Positions 1-9,540 of a stretch of DNA of 64,000 nucleotides are shown here, piece by piece. Origin of the DNA: an uncultured Gemmatimonadales bacterium (lineage in GTDB: Bacteria; Gemmatimonadota; Gemmatimonadetes; Gemmatimonadales; GWC2-71-9); contig CAWCFX010000006.1 in assembly GCA_963795085.1 (NCBI GenBank), positions 128,001-192,000 on the forward strand, given 5' to 3'. The translations under genes and the position numbers were made by a program. Under the pieces are notes generated by a model, which was given only the letters and a program-made list of their open reading frames with translations, made no database searches and was not told the DNA's origin. The stretch's first letter is position 1. Each line of letters opens with the position of its first letter.

Positions 1-939
1 TCCTCCCGACACCGGCGAGGGCGACGTGCTGTAGTAGACGGTGTCGTAACCCAGGTTTCCGAAATAGTTCGAACCCCAGCAGGCGGCCTCCTGCGCGATC
101 GTGAGCCCGCAGCTGAAGTAGGGGGAGGTGGTGCTGACCTCGAAGAACTCGAAACCGCCCACGACCGGGGCCGGGGTAAGACGGTGCTGCCGGGAACCAT
201 CGCCGAGTTGTCCAAACAGATTCTCGCCCCAGCAGTACGCGGCCCCTCCGGTGGTAGTGCCGCAGGTGTGACCCCAGGGTGAGGAGATGGAGGAAAAGGT
301 GTGTCCGCCGCTGACGGGTGCCGGCCAGAACCGGCTCGTGGTGGATCCATCCCCGACCTCACCCGTGGAGTTCGCACCCCAGCACCGTGCAACCCCCGCT
401 AGGTCCACACCGCAAGTGTTGCCCTGCCCGGCCCGGACGGACTGCCACCGGTAAAAGGCCACCGGCCGCGGGGTCACGCTCTCATCCGGCTCGGAGGGTC
501 CTATGCCAAGTTCACCCTGGCTGTTGGACCCCCAGCACCACCCGGCACCCTGGACCGTGACGGCGCACGTATGCTGACCACCCGCCGAGATGGCCGCAAA
601 TTCCAGCCGGAACCCCGTCACGACCGAGGTGGCCGACCGGCCTTCAATGGTGGCGGTGATAGTCGCGGGGCCTTCGGCCCGTGCGGTGGCGAGTCCGCCC
701 GGGGAAACCTCGATGATATCCGGATCGCTGCTGACCCAGCTCACCTGGCGCCCGCGCAGGGTGTCTCCACTCGCCGAGATCCCCACCGCGTGGATCCGGA
801 CCGTATCGTCGAGGAGAATATCACCCGCTCCCATCCCCGCGAAGGCCACCCGCTCTACCGGCACCGCCTCGCCGGGCGCAATGATCCGGTCAGTGCAGGC
901 GAGTGCCAGCAGAGCGACCGGCCAGGCGCGAAGCTTCAC
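1..939 (-). CDS. RCC1/BLIP-II-like repeat lipoprotein with N-terminal Ig-like domain (3' end outside window)
   Basis: Own translation from GTG at 939, which overlaps the upstream TGA: MKLRAWPVALLALACTD..., then repeats such as AGGQHTCAV..GAGWCWGSNSQGELG. Confidence 0.85.
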   Translation of the reverse strand, partial: MKLRAWPVALLALACTDRIIAPGEAVPVERVAFAGMGAGDILLDDTVRIHAVGISASGDTLRGRQVSWVSSDPDIIEVSPGGLATARAEGPATITATIEGRSATSVVTGFRLEFAAISAGGQHTCAVTVQGAGWCWGSNSQGELGIGPSEPDESVTPRPVAFYRWQSVRAGQGNTCGVDLAGVARCWGANSTGEVGDGSTTSRFWPAPVSGGHTFSSISSPWGHTCGTTTGGAAYCWGENLFGQLGDGSRQHRLTPAPVVGGFEFFEVSTTSPYFSCGLTIAQEAACWGSNYFGNLGYDTVYYSTSPSPVSGG

Positions 940-2291
940 GGCGCCCACACCACCACCGGTTGGTGCCGGTTGACATAAGTGTTGTCCCCCAGCTGGCCGT
1001 AGAAGTTTGCGCCCCAGCAGTACACCACTCCGGTCACCGCGATGGCGCAGGTATGGGCCCCCCCAGCGGCAATCGACGCAAATCGATGACCTCCGGCCAC
1101 CGCGACCGGGCCGGTGGGAACGATCGTGGTCCCATCGCCCAACTGGCCGACGTAATTGTCGCCCCAGCACCAGGCGTCGCCCTGACCGGTCAATCCGCAG
1201 GCGTGTGCCGCCCCCGCGGTGAGTGTGGTAAAACGATGGCCCCCGCTGACCGGGACGGGTACCAGACTGCCACCTGGGCCTCCATCCCCGAGTTGCCCGC
1301 TGTAGTTCTCACCCCAGCACCAGGCCTCGCCGGCAATCACCACGCCGCAACTGAACTGGTATCCTGCCTCGAGGGCGGTGAACCTGAGCCCCCCGGCCAC
1401 CGCAACGGGAGCGGTCTGAAAGTTGGTGGTTCCATCGCCCAGCTGACCGGAATAGTTTGCGCCCCAGCACCACGCCGTGCCGTTCGCAGAGAGGCCGCAG
1501 GCGTAGCTGTCACCGAGGTCGAGCGACACCAGCGCGGGAGGTCCGGCAAAGCCCCCGATGAAACCGGATCCCCAGCAATGCACCCCTGCGGCAACGATCC
1601 CGCAGGAACTGCTGCCCCCGGTCGCGATGCTGGTCATGGTGAGTGCGGACATTATTCTGGTCGGGGTGATCCGGTGTGCGCTGGTACCGTCACCCAGCTG
1701 GCCGTTCCAGTTGCTGCCCCAGCAGTACCCGGCGCCCCCCGCCAGCCCGCACGCGTGGGAACCGTACGGGCTGGCGGCCGCGAGGCTCGACCAGGTATGG
1801 GCCCCGGCCAGCGGCATGGGTCGGGGAACACTGCCTCCGACAAGACCAATCCCGAGGTTTCCGTAGAAGTTGCTTCCCCAGCAATAGCCTGCCCCCTGCG
1901 TCCCCAGGGCGCATGAAAAATCGCCGCCGAGCGACAGGCGGGCCGCCCGCAGGGGGGCGATAACCGCCAGCCCGGCACTGTCGGCGTGGGAACCGCTGGC
2001 GGCGTACAGGAATGTCTGCCCCGGTCCAACCCCGCGTACGAGGCCGCCCCGGTCCACCGTCGCCACGGAAGGGTCACCGGTGGCCCACTCGATCCGCTGG
2101 GTAAGCACGTTCTCCCCGTTGGCGTCGAGAGCGGCGGCGACCAGCCGGAGGGTGTCTCCCACCAGGAGCGATCCGGTGGCGGGGGCCACCACCACGCTGG
2201 CGACGTCTCCGCCCGGACCCACGACGACTTCGTCGCAGGCGCCGAGGGCGAGCCCAGCGAGCAGTGCATGCAGGAGCGGCTGTCTGGGCAT
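936..2291 (-). CDS. RCC1/BLIP-II-like repeat lipoprotein with Ig-like domain
   Basis: Lipobox-like LALGAC; Ig-like WATGDPSVATVD; repeated CWGxNxxGQLGDG; start taken at the ATG of MPRQP. Confidence 0.9.
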   Translation of the reverse strand: MPRQPLLHALLAGLALGACDEVVVGPGGDVASVVVAPATGSLLVGDTLRLVAAALDANGENVLTQRIEWATGDPSVATVDRGGLVRGVGPGQTFLYAASGSHADSAGLAVIAPLRAARLSLGGDFSCALGTQGAGYCWGSNFYGNLGIGLVGGSVPRPMPLAGAHTWSSLAAASPYGSHACGLAGGAGYCWGSNWNGQLGDGTSAHRITPTRIMSALTMTSIATGGSSSCGIVAAGVHCWGSGFIGGFAGPPALVSLDLGDSYACGLSANGTAWCWGANYSGQLGDGTTNFQTAPVAVAGGLRFTALEAGYQFSCGVVIAGEAWCWGENYSGQLGDGGPGGSLVPVPVSGGHRFTTLTAGAAHACGLTGQGDAWCWGDNYVGQLGDGTTIVPTGPVAVAGGHRFASIAAGGAHTCAIAVTGVVYCWGANFYGQLGDNTYVNRHQPVVVWAP

Positions 2292-2389
2292 GGCGTGCCC
2301 CACAATGGAAGGAACCCCGGGCGGCGGCCGCTGCCCGGGTTATGAGATTGGGGACGAGGACACCGGACGGCCCCGCACAGGGCCGGGCA

Positions 2390-3814
2390 TCACCCCATAC
2401 GCCATTTAGTCCCGCCCGGGGTGTCCTCCAGGACTACTCCCTTCGCGGTGAGTTCTGCCCGAATCGTATCGGCCTGGACGAAGTCCCGCTTCTTCTTGGC
2501 CTCCCGCCGCGCCTCGATCCGCTCCTCCACCCAGGCCCGGAGATCCTGGTCCACCGCCTTCTTGGCGGGAACGATATCGAGTACACCCGCCGCCCAGTGG
2601 AACGCCTCGGCCAACCGAGTGCTGCCGGCGTTCTGGTCCAACAGGCGGTTGGCCCCCGTGACAAAGGTGAACAGGGCGGCGACCGCCCTCGGTGCGTTGA
2701 GATCGTCGTTCATCGCGGCGGCAAACTCTTCCCGGAACTCGGTGGCCAGGCGGTCCGCGTCCGCGCCCGGGGCCGCCGTGCCGGACTCCGCCAAACGCCC
2801 CTGGAAATTGCCCAGCCGGGTGGCGCCCTCCCCCGCCGCTGCCAGCGCCTCGTCGGTCAGGTCCAGCTTCTGCCGGTAGTGGGTCTGGCACATGAGCAGC
2901 CGTATGGCCCCGGCATCCACCCCATCGTTCTGGAGATCGCGGGCCGTGGTGATGTTGCCGAACCGCTTGCTCATCTTGGTGCCACGGACGTTCAGAAACT
3001 CCCCGTGCAGCCAATGCCGGGCAAACTCGGCGCGCCCGGTGAAGGCGCAGCTCTGGGCGATCTCGTCCTCGTGGTGGGGAAAGATCAGGTCCACGCCACC
3101 GGCATGGATGTCCAGTACGTCCCCCCAGCCCCGCTTCCCCAGCAGGTCGAGCGCCATGGCCGAGCACTCCAGGTGCCACCCGGGACGGCCCCGGCCGAAC
3201 GGGGCGTCCCAGGCGGCCCCCACCTGTTCGTCGGTGGGCGAGGCAGCTTTCCAGAGTACGAAATCCCGGGCGTCCTCCTTCGCGTATTCGTCGCTGCTTA
3301 CCCGGCCGCTCGCGCCGGTGCGCAGTTCCCGCTGGTCCAGCCGGGAGAGACGTCCGTAGGCCGGAAACTTTTCGATGGAGAAGTACACCGAACCATCCTC
3401 GCCCCGGTAGGCGATGCCCTTGGCGAGAAGGCCCTCCACCAGCCGGATCATGGGAGGGATGTACTGGGTGGCGCGGGGGTACTCGTGGGCGGGCCGGATT
3501 CGGAGATAGTCACGGTCTTCGAAAAATGCCTGCGCGTACGGCTCCACGTGGTCCCGGAGGGAGAGGCCCTTCTCCGCCGCGGCCTTGATGGTGCGGTCGT
3601 CCACGTCGGTGAGATTCATGATGTGGTACACTTCGAACCCGCTCGCTTCCAGCCACCGCCGCAGCAGGTCCTCGAACAGAAAGGTCCGGAAGTTCCCGAT
3701 GTGGGCGTAGTTCCATACCGTGGGACCGCAGGTGTACATGGAGACCCGGCCCGGAGCGATCGGCGCCAGGGGTTCCACCCGCCGGGACAGCGTGTTGTAC
3801 AGGTGGAGGCTCAT
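2390..3814 (-). CDS. cysS: Cysteinyl-tRNA synthetase
   Basis: MYTCGPTV, HIGN, GRPGWHLECSAM, DIHAGGVDLIFPHHE and KMSKR motifs. Confidence 0.98.
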   Translation of the reverse strand: MSLHLYNTLSRRVEPLAPIAPGRVSMYTCGPTVWNYAHIGNFRTFLFEDLLRRWLEASGFEVYHIMNLTDVDDRTIKAAAEKGLSLRDHVEPYAQAFFEDRDYLRIRPAHEYPRATQYIPPMIRLVEGLLAKGIAYRGEDGSVYFSIEKFPAYGRLSRLDQRELRTGASGRVSSDEYAKEDARDFVLWKAASPTDEQVGAAWDAPFGRGRPGWHLECSAMALDLLGKRGWGDVLDIHAGGVDLIFPHHEDEIAQSCAFTGRAEFARHWLHGEFLNVRGTKMSKRFGNITTARDLQNDGVDAGAIRLLMCQTHYRQKLDLTDEALAAAGEGATRLGNFQGRLAESGTAAPGADADRLATEFREEFAAAMNDDLNAPRAVAALFTFVTGANRLLDQNAGSTRLAEAFHWAAGVLDIVPAKKAVDQDLRAWVEERIEARREAKKKRDFVQADTIRAELTAKGVVLEDTPGGTKWRMG

Positions 3815-4758
3815 CCGCCCTTCCGCTCCCCGCCCGGCTCACCGCCGCCAAACAACCGGGGAATTCGTTCGTCGTCGATTCGCAGGTGCATGGTGCGCTG
3901 GGGGAAGGGAATCTCGATGCCCTCCTGGTCCAGCCGGATCTTGATGCGGCGCCGGAATTCGCGGGCCACGTCCCACTGGGATCCTGGCACGGTACGCAGC
4001 AGCGTGCGGATGACGATCGCGTTGTCGCCCAGCGACTCGACGCCCGACACCTCGGGCGCGCCGTCCACCTTGTGCTTCCACTTGGGATCGGCGTACAGCT
4101 TCCCGGCCTCGTCCCGGAAGACGGCCAGGGCATGGTCAACGTCGGTCGCGTAGGCCACCCCTATTTCCATCACCGAGCGAGACCAGCCCCGGGTCCGGTT
4201 GGAGACCACCGCGATCTCCCCGTTCGGGATGGTATGCAGGATGCCCTCGAGATCGCGCAACTGGACCACCCGGAGCGTCATCCGCTCCACCACGCCCGCC
4301 TTTCCGGCGGCCATGATGATGTCCCCCACCGCGAACTGGTTCTCCAGCAGAATGAAGAACCCGGAGATGATGTCCTTCACCAGGCTCTGGGCGCCGAACG
4401 AGACCGCCAGTCCGAGGATGCCGGCGCCGGCCAGGATGGGGGTAATCGCCACGAACGTGTTGAAGGTGGCCAGGATCGCCACGACGAGGATCACCACCCG
4501 GCCAACGCTGCGCAGCAACTGGGCAACCGTCTGCCCCCGCTTTTCCCGGATGGTCAGGGTGCTGTCGTCGCCATCGTCCACCGACTTGATGATCCGGCGC
4601 GCCGCCATTCGGACCAGCTGGTTCCCGATCCAGGCACCGATCCAGATCAGCAGGACGGCGACCGCCTTGCGGGTCAGGACCGCGTACTCGACGTCGAAGA
4701 AATGCGCCAGGGACTCGACCAGGCTTCTCAGATCGAACAACTCGCTCACTGCGCACAC
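3811..4758 (-). CDS. mscS: Small-conductance mechanosensitive channel (MscS/YbiO family)
   Basis: GAGILGLAVSFGAQSLVKDIISGFFILLENQFAVGD and GIEIPFPQRT. Confidence 0.92.
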   Translation of the reverse strand: MCAVSELFDLRSLVESLAHFFDVEYAVLTRKAVAVLLIWIGAWIGNQLVRMAARRIIKSVDDGDDSTLTIREKRGQTVAQLLRSVGRVVILVVAILATFNTFVAITPILAGAGILGLAVSFGAQSLVKDIISGFFILLENQFAVGDIIMAAGKAGVVERMTLRVVQLRDLEGILHTIPNGEIAVVSNRTRGWSRSVMEIGVAYATDVDHALAVFRDEAGKLYADPKWKHKVDGAPEVSGVESLGDNAIVIRTLLRTVPGSQWDVAREFRRRIKIRLDQEGIEIPFPQRTMHLRIDDERIPRLFGGGEPGGERKGG

Positions 4759-4795
4759 CTCATTTCGGGGAGAGCAAGGTGCGAAACCTATGCCC

Positions 4796-5503
4796 CTACG
4801 GGTGTGGAGGGTAGCCGCGAATCCGGCTGGACGGCGAGGCGGGCCGGCGGCCGTCCGGCCTGCATTGGAGCAGCGGATACCAGAGGACTGACCCGGTCAC
4901 CGGGATCCCCCCTTCCCGAAGCCGGCCGAGCACCTCCTCCGGGTGGCGCCCCTCGAGACGGACCTGGATGCCCTCCCGATCGGAGTGGTGGAGGGAACCG
5001 AGACCGTCCAGCAGGCGGGCGGCCCGCGCGGAATCGGGCAGCGCGATCGCCAGGGTGGCTGACGCCAGAACCTGACTTCGGTCGCTAATGCGAAGCAGAG
5101 TCTCCCGCACCAGCTGGATGATCCCACAGTGATCGGGCTGGGTATTCTGGCTGGGGGGATACACCTGGGGGGTTACGATGCGGTCGGCCCAGCCGAGGAG
5201 CGCTCCCGCCCGCCGGCTGGCCACGCCAACCCCACGGCTCCGCGGCAGCAGGCGGGCGATGAGGGCGCCGGTCGCGAAGGTTTTCGTCCCCGGGTCCAGC
5301 AACAGGTGGCAACACCGCCCATCCACGGCATGCCACGCGACTGGTTCATTTTGGGGAATCACCCGTACGCCCCTGCCCGCAGGGGCCGTCCAGTCTATCC
5401 ATGGGCTACCCAGAAAAAATCCGGTGACCAGGCCTGGTTCCAGCAGATGTGGCAGATCGTCCGGCTCACAGCGGCCGGCCGGCGCGGTTCGGGGTGCGCT
5501 CAT
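4796..5503 (-). CDS. Hypothetical protein, possibly a degenerate ABC-ATPase-derived protein
   Basis: 235-aa ORF colinear with neighbours; LLLDP...VASR...ADRIV resembles the Walker B/H-loop region; start uncertain. Confidence 0.45.
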   Translation of the reverse strand: MSAPRTAPAGRCEPDDLPHLLEPGLVTGFFLGSPWIDWTAPAGRGVRVIPQNEPVAWHAVDGRCCHLLLDPGTKTFATGALIARLLPRSRGVGVASRRAGALLGWADRIVTPQVYPPSQNTQPDHCGIIQLVRETLLRISDRSQVLASATLAIALPDSARAARLLDGLGSLHHSDREGIQVRLEGRHPEEVLGRLREGGIPVTGSVLWYPLLQCRPDGRRPASPSSRIRGYPPHP

Positions 5504-5603
5504 GCCCCACGATGTCCGCGCGGGCAGTCCGGTGTGGCATCAGAATCATGCGGACGGGATCAGAATCGCGCCGCCGCTCTGGGGACGGGCGAAAGTCGCG
5601 GGA

Positions 5604-6071
5604 TCAGCGCGGGAAGGCCCGCTTCCATTTTGGAATTGCGGCGCCGACCACCGCCCCCACGACCATGCCCGTTCCACCACCCAGAAGGCCGATGGTGACC
5701 TCGCTGTTGTCCCGACAGTCGAATTCGCAGACGGCATCGACGATGGACCCGAGGAAGATCCCGCTGGCCACGCCCAGGATCCCACCCACGATCGCCCCGG
5801 TCTTGATCCGGCGGCCCCGGACCCACAGGGTATCTACCGACCCAAGGGAAACCCGGCGGTCCCCGGAATCCGTCCGCAGCACCAGGTCCGGGCGCAATTG
5901 GCGCACCGTACCCGAGATCCGCCCGATCCCCGGACCGTGAATCCGGACAAGACGATCCGGCGTCAACAGCCGCGCGACCCCGGTATCGGATTGATTCTCC
6001 TGCGCCGCGATCCGGCCCGAGAGGGCCGCTATGAGGCTGAACCCCACCCACACCGCGCGTCCTATCGCCAT
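5604..6071 (-). CDS. Hypothetical exported/membrane protein
   Basis: Signal-peptide-like N-terminus after a GAGG RBS; two Gly-rich C-terminal hydrophobic segments. Confidence 0.75.
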   Translation of the reverse strand: MAIGRAVWVGFSLIAALSGRIAAQENQSDTGVARLLTPDRLVRIHGPGIGRISGTVRQLRPDLVLRTDSGDRRVSLGSVDTLWVRGRRIKTGAIVGGILGVASGIFLGSIVDAVCEFDCRDNSEVTIGLLGGGTGMVVGAVVGAAIPKWKRAFPR

Positions 6072-6565
6072 GTGAACCTCATTCCCCCGGTGAGGGTGAG
6101 AAACGTCCATTTGTTACTACCGGGTCCCAGGCGTTGCAGGTTCTCATAGGCCCGGGCCTCCACCGTAAAGGTGGTCAAGCCTGAACCGATCGGCACACCC
6201 ACGCCCAGGCTCCCGGTCAGGAGGTTGGTTCCCAGGTCGGCGCCTTTCCACTGGGTGCCGCCCAGGCTGGCGATGAGGTAGGGCCGAAACCCCTGCCCTT
6301 GCCTGGCCAGGTGCAGCCGAGCCACACCGGCGAGCCCGGACACCCGGACCCCACCCGGGAAGAAGAGCACTTCGGGCCCGAAGGAAAGCGAGGACGCCAC
6401 GAACGCGAAACTGGCCGATCCGCCCGCCCGCACCGGTAGCCCACCCGCCTCCACCCCGCTGGCCATCCCGGCATTGACGCGGACTTCTCCGATCTGGGCA
6501 GCGGCGGGTGGGCTCATCAGCCCCCACGGAACACCGGCGAGCAGAATGGCAAGCTGAGTTCTCAT
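6062..6565 (-). CDS. Putative outer-membrane beta-barrel protein
   Basis: Signal peptide (AAAQ), alternating beta-strand pattern, C-terminal GMRFTW. Confidence 0.7.
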   Translation of the reverse strand: MRTQLAILLAGVPWGLMSPPAAAQIGEVRVNAGMASGVEAGGLPVRAGGSASFAFVASSLSFGPEVLFFPGGVRVSGLAGVARLHLARQGQGFRPYLIASLGGTQWKGADLGTNLLTGSLGVGVPIGSGLTTFTVEARAYENLQRLGPGSNKWTFLTLTGGMRFTWR

Positions 6566-6724
6566 GTCACTTACGCTCGATCTTGATGAAGAACCCGCCG
6601 GGCGATGCCTTCACGCGGTTTTCACGCGCCCGGCCTATTATTCATGGCCTACGCTACAGCCGGAACCTGCCGGCCGGCCGTGGCGCAGCCGTGACCTGGC
6701 CGGTCCATCCTCAAGGAGGCGCGT

Positions 6725-7192
6725 GTGGATCTCAGTCCCGCTCACATCCACCTGATGTTCAACCATATCCCGGTGCTGGGACCCTGGTTTCTCGCCCTGC
6801 TCTTCGCGTTCGGACTGGTCCGCAAGTCTCCCGACCTGCTTCGCGCCGCCATGCTGCTGACGGTACTGCTGGCCGGCACGACCGGATTGGTCTTTCTGAC
6901 CGGCGAACCGGCTGAGCACCAGGTCGAGGAACAGGCCTGGTTCGATGAGGACCGGGTGCACGAGCACGAGGAGCGGGCCGAGGCCGGGCTGATCGCCACC
7001 GCCATCACCGGAGTTCTCGCCCTGGTGGGGCTGGTGCTGGCGCGGAAGGGCAGACCCCTGCACCGGGGCCTGGTCCTCATGGTGCTGGCGGCGACCCTGA
7101 TCACCGGCGGACTCTTCGGGTGGACAGCCCTGGCCGGAGGCGAAATTCGCCATGACGAGGTTCGCCCCCCAGGGCATAGTGTCCGCGTCTGA
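6725..7192 (+). CDS. Conserved membrane protein (DUF2231-like)
   Basis: HLMFNHIP, TGEPAE, HEHEERAE and GGEIRHDE motifs; 4 TM segments; AAGGAGG RBS. Confidence 0.8.
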   Translation: MDLSPAHIHLMFNHIPVLGPWFLALLFAFGLVRKSPDLLRAAMLLTVLLAGTTGLVFLTGEPAEHQVEEQAWFDEDRVHEHEERAEAGLIATAITGVLALVGLVLARKGRPLHRGLVLMVLAATLITGGLFGWTALAGGEIRHDEVRPPGHSVRV

Positions 7193-7213
7193 CCCGCCGG
7201 GTCCCGGGGATCC

Positions 7214-7783
7214 GTGACGCGGGAAATTCTCTGGCGCCGGCTGGACCGGCCGGGGATGGAGGCGGCCAGCCTGTCCCGGCGCGGGGCGAACTGGAATCTC
7301 CAGGGCACCGTGCTGGTGGAGGAATCGGGACGGCCCTGCCGGCTCGACTATGCGGTCGTCTGTGACCGCGAGTGGCGCACCCAGTGGGCCCGGGTCAGCG
7401 GCTGGATCGGTTCGGCGCTGGTGACCCAGCGACTGGCCCGGAGCCCGTCCGGCGAGTGGCGCCAGAACGGCGAAGTGCGCGCCGGGGTGCTGGGGTGCGT
7501 GGACCTCGATCTTGCGTTCTCTCCTGCCACCAACCTTCTCCCCATCAGGCGGCTGGCCCTTGCGGTGGGAGCCGGAGAAACGGTCCGCGCCGCCTGGCTC
7601 CGCTTTCCGGATTTTCAACTGGTGCCGCTGGAACAGCGCTATACCAGGACCGGCGAGCAGGAGTACCGGTATGAGAGCGGAAATGGCGCGTTCACCGCCG
7701 GCATCTCGGTTGACGGCGACGGACTGGTGGTACGCTATGGAGCCCTGTGGGTCGCTGAGCCGCTCCGCCCGCCGGGCACCTAG
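7214..7783 (+). CDS. Putative glycolipid-binding domain protein (DUF1089-like)
   Basis: GCVDLDLAFSPATNLLPIRRL, LEQRYTR and VDGDGLVVRY motifs. Confidence 0.85.
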   Translation: MTREILWRRLDRPGMEAASLSRRGANWNLQGTVLVEESGRPCRLDYAVVCDREWRTQWARVSGWIGSALVTQRLARSPSGEWRQNGEVRAGVLGCVDLDLAFSPATNLLPIRRLALAVGAGETVRAAWLRFPDFQLVPLEQRYTRTGEQEYRYESGNGAFTAGISVDGDGLVVRYGALWVAEPLRPPGT

Positions 7784-7784
7784 C

Positions 7785-8255
7785 GTGGGCAAGGCCAGCG
7801 CCGGTGTCCTGCTCTTCCGAAGACGCGGCCCCGACCTCGAAGTCCTGCTGGTCCACCCGGGCGGTCCCTTCTGGGCCAGGAAAGACGCGGGCGCCTGGTC
7901 GATACCCAAGGGTGTGATCGAGGGGGAAGAGGATCCCGAACAGGCGGCGTTCCGGGAACTGAGGGAAGAAACCGGGTGGGACCTCGCGGGCGATCCGATC
8001 CGCCTGGAGCCGGTCCGGCAGGCCGGGGGCAAAGTGGTTCACGCCTGGGGACTGGAGACCGATGTGGATTCCTCGAGCTGCCGCAGCAACACCTTTCAGA
8101 TGGAGTGGCCGCCCCGTTCGGGCCGGCAGCAGGAGTTCCCGGAAGTGGACCGGGCCGGCTGGTTCTCGCTCAGTGAGGCCCGGGCCAGGATTCTGCCCGG
8201 CCAGATCCCGTTGCTCGACGACCTCGCCACCAGGCTCAGACATCCCCCCAAGTGA
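7785..8255 (+). CDS. NUDIX hydrolase (predicted NTP pyrophosphohydrolase)
   Basis: VLLVHPGGPFWARKD..WSIPKG and Nudix box AAFRELREETG; GTG start at 7785. Confidence 0.92.
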   Translation: MGKASAGVLLFRRRGPDLEVLLVHPGGPFWARKDAGAWSIPKGVIEGEEDPEQAAFRELREETGWDLAGDPIRLEPVRQAGGKVVHAWGLETDVDSSSCRSNTFQMEWPPRSGRQQEFPEVDRAGWFSLSEARARILPGQIPLLDDLATRLRHPPK

Positions 8256-8268
8256 GCCGCCCACCGGC

Positions 8269-9348
8269 TCAGGACCGCGGCGCCCCCTTCTTGCTGCTCT
8301 CCGAGCGAGCCTTGATAATCGCGTCCACCAGCGGGGCCTGGTCGAACCGAACCGGGTCAGTGGCCGGGAGGCCGGTGTCCCGGGCTGCCTTCTCGCAGGC
8401 CGCCCGGGCTTCCTCCTCGGTCATGTCAAAAGTGTTGAGGCAGATCCCGATCACCCGCGTGGGATGCACCGCGGAGCCGATGGCTTCGTACCAGCGGATG
8501 TAGTCGGTCAGGGGCGGGATACGGAGCCACGAGGCCTCCCGGTAATCTCCGATATACTCCCGGCTGGCCTGGTGGCAGAGGATGAGCGCGTCGGGACAGG
8601 AGCCATGCAGGAGCCCAACCGTGACGGCCGAGTAGCCGGGATGGTTGATACTCCCCTGTCCTTCGACCAGCACGATATCCGCGTTCTTGGCGCCTTCCAG
8701 GACCAGCATCTCCGCTGCCCCGTTCACGAAGTCGGAGACCACGGCATCCACCGCGATGCCCCAGCCTTCGATCATGATCCCGGTCTGGCCGGTCGCCACG
8801 AACCGGGTCCGGATGCCGCGCCGGTTCAGGTCGCTGGCCAACTGGAGCTGGGCGGTCATCTTGCCCACGTTGCAGTCGGTTCCCACCGCCGTCACCACGA
8901 ACGCGTCCACTTCTTTCGCCGCGCCGGAGGCCACCGGGATCTCCGCCGGCGGCTTTCGCAGGTCAAAGAGCCGGGTCCCCTTCTGCTCGGCCTTGGCCAC
9001 CAGCATGGGATCGTCGGTGAGGAATGTGTGCAGGCCGCTCCAGAGGTCGCACCCGGCGGCGATCGCTTCCGCCAGCCAGCCCCGCCACTTCTCGGGCAGT
9101 TTCCCGCCCGCCGGGGCGATGCCGATCAGGACCGCGGTCGGCTTCAGGGCCAGCCCTTCGGCCATGGTGGCGACCACCGGGATGGTGCCGCCGAATCCCA
9201 GGACCTGCTGGACGGTCTTGCCCGCCTGCAAGTGATCCACCACGGCCAGCGTCTGCTCGGGCCGGTAGCGGATGACCGAGTTGGCGGTCTTGGAGGTCAG
9301 CGGGCCGAAGTCGCCGTCGGCGAGAATGACGAAGCGGGGCAAGGACAT
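8269..9348 (-). CDS. DUF1611 family protein (DgcN-like, P-loop)
   Basis: KTANSVIRY, VGTDCNVGKMT, ATGQTGI and VEGQGSINHPGYS; the true ATG is at 9348 and the longer ORF reads through a repeat. Confidence 0.9.
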   Translation of the reverse strand: MSLPRFVILADGDFGPLTSKTANSVIRYRPEQTLAVVDHLQAGKTVQQVLGFGGTIPVVATMAEGLALKPTAVLIGIAPAGGKLPEKWRGWLAEAIAAGCDLWSGLHTFLTDDPMLVAKAEQKGTRLFDLRKPPAEIPVASGAAKEVDAFVVTAVGTDCNVGKMTAQLQLASDLNRRGIRTRFVATGQTGIMIEGWGIAVDAVVSDFVNGAAEMLVLEGAKNADIVLVEGQGSINHPGYSAVTVGLLHGSCPDALILCHQASREYIGDYREASWLRIPPLTDYIRWYEAIGSAVHPTRVIGICLNTFDMTEEEARAACEKAARDTGLPATDPVRFDQAPLVDAIIKARSESSKKGAPRS

Positions 9349-9540
9349 TGAGGGAATTAGGGAATTGAGGGAATGTTGGAATTGAGGGAATGTTGGAATT
9401 GAGGGAATGTTGGAATTGAGGGAATGTTGGAATTTGAGGGAAATGTTGGAATTGAGGGAATGTTGGAATTGAGTTGAGCCTCTCAAATTCCACAATTCCC
9501 TCAATTCCCCCATTCCTTCAATTCCCTAATTCCCTCAATT
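9349..9540. repeat. AT-rich palindromic tandem-repeat element, copy 1
   Basis: Six 17-bp units GGAATTGAGGGAATGTT (9361-9464, one with 2 extra bases), core GGAATTGAGTTGAGCCTCTCAAATTCCACAATT, then inverted AATTCCCTC-type units. Confidence 0.95.

Noticed and set aside
9349..9513. N-terminal extension of DUF1611 (FQHSLNSNI repeats) and ORF 8963-9493
   Set aside because: Artefact of reading through the repeat; the same peptide appears at 33069-33158 ahead of an unrelated gene.
9349..9540. CRISPR array
   Set aside because: Units are 8-17 bp and contiguous with no unique spacers, the arms are inverted, and no cas genes are present.
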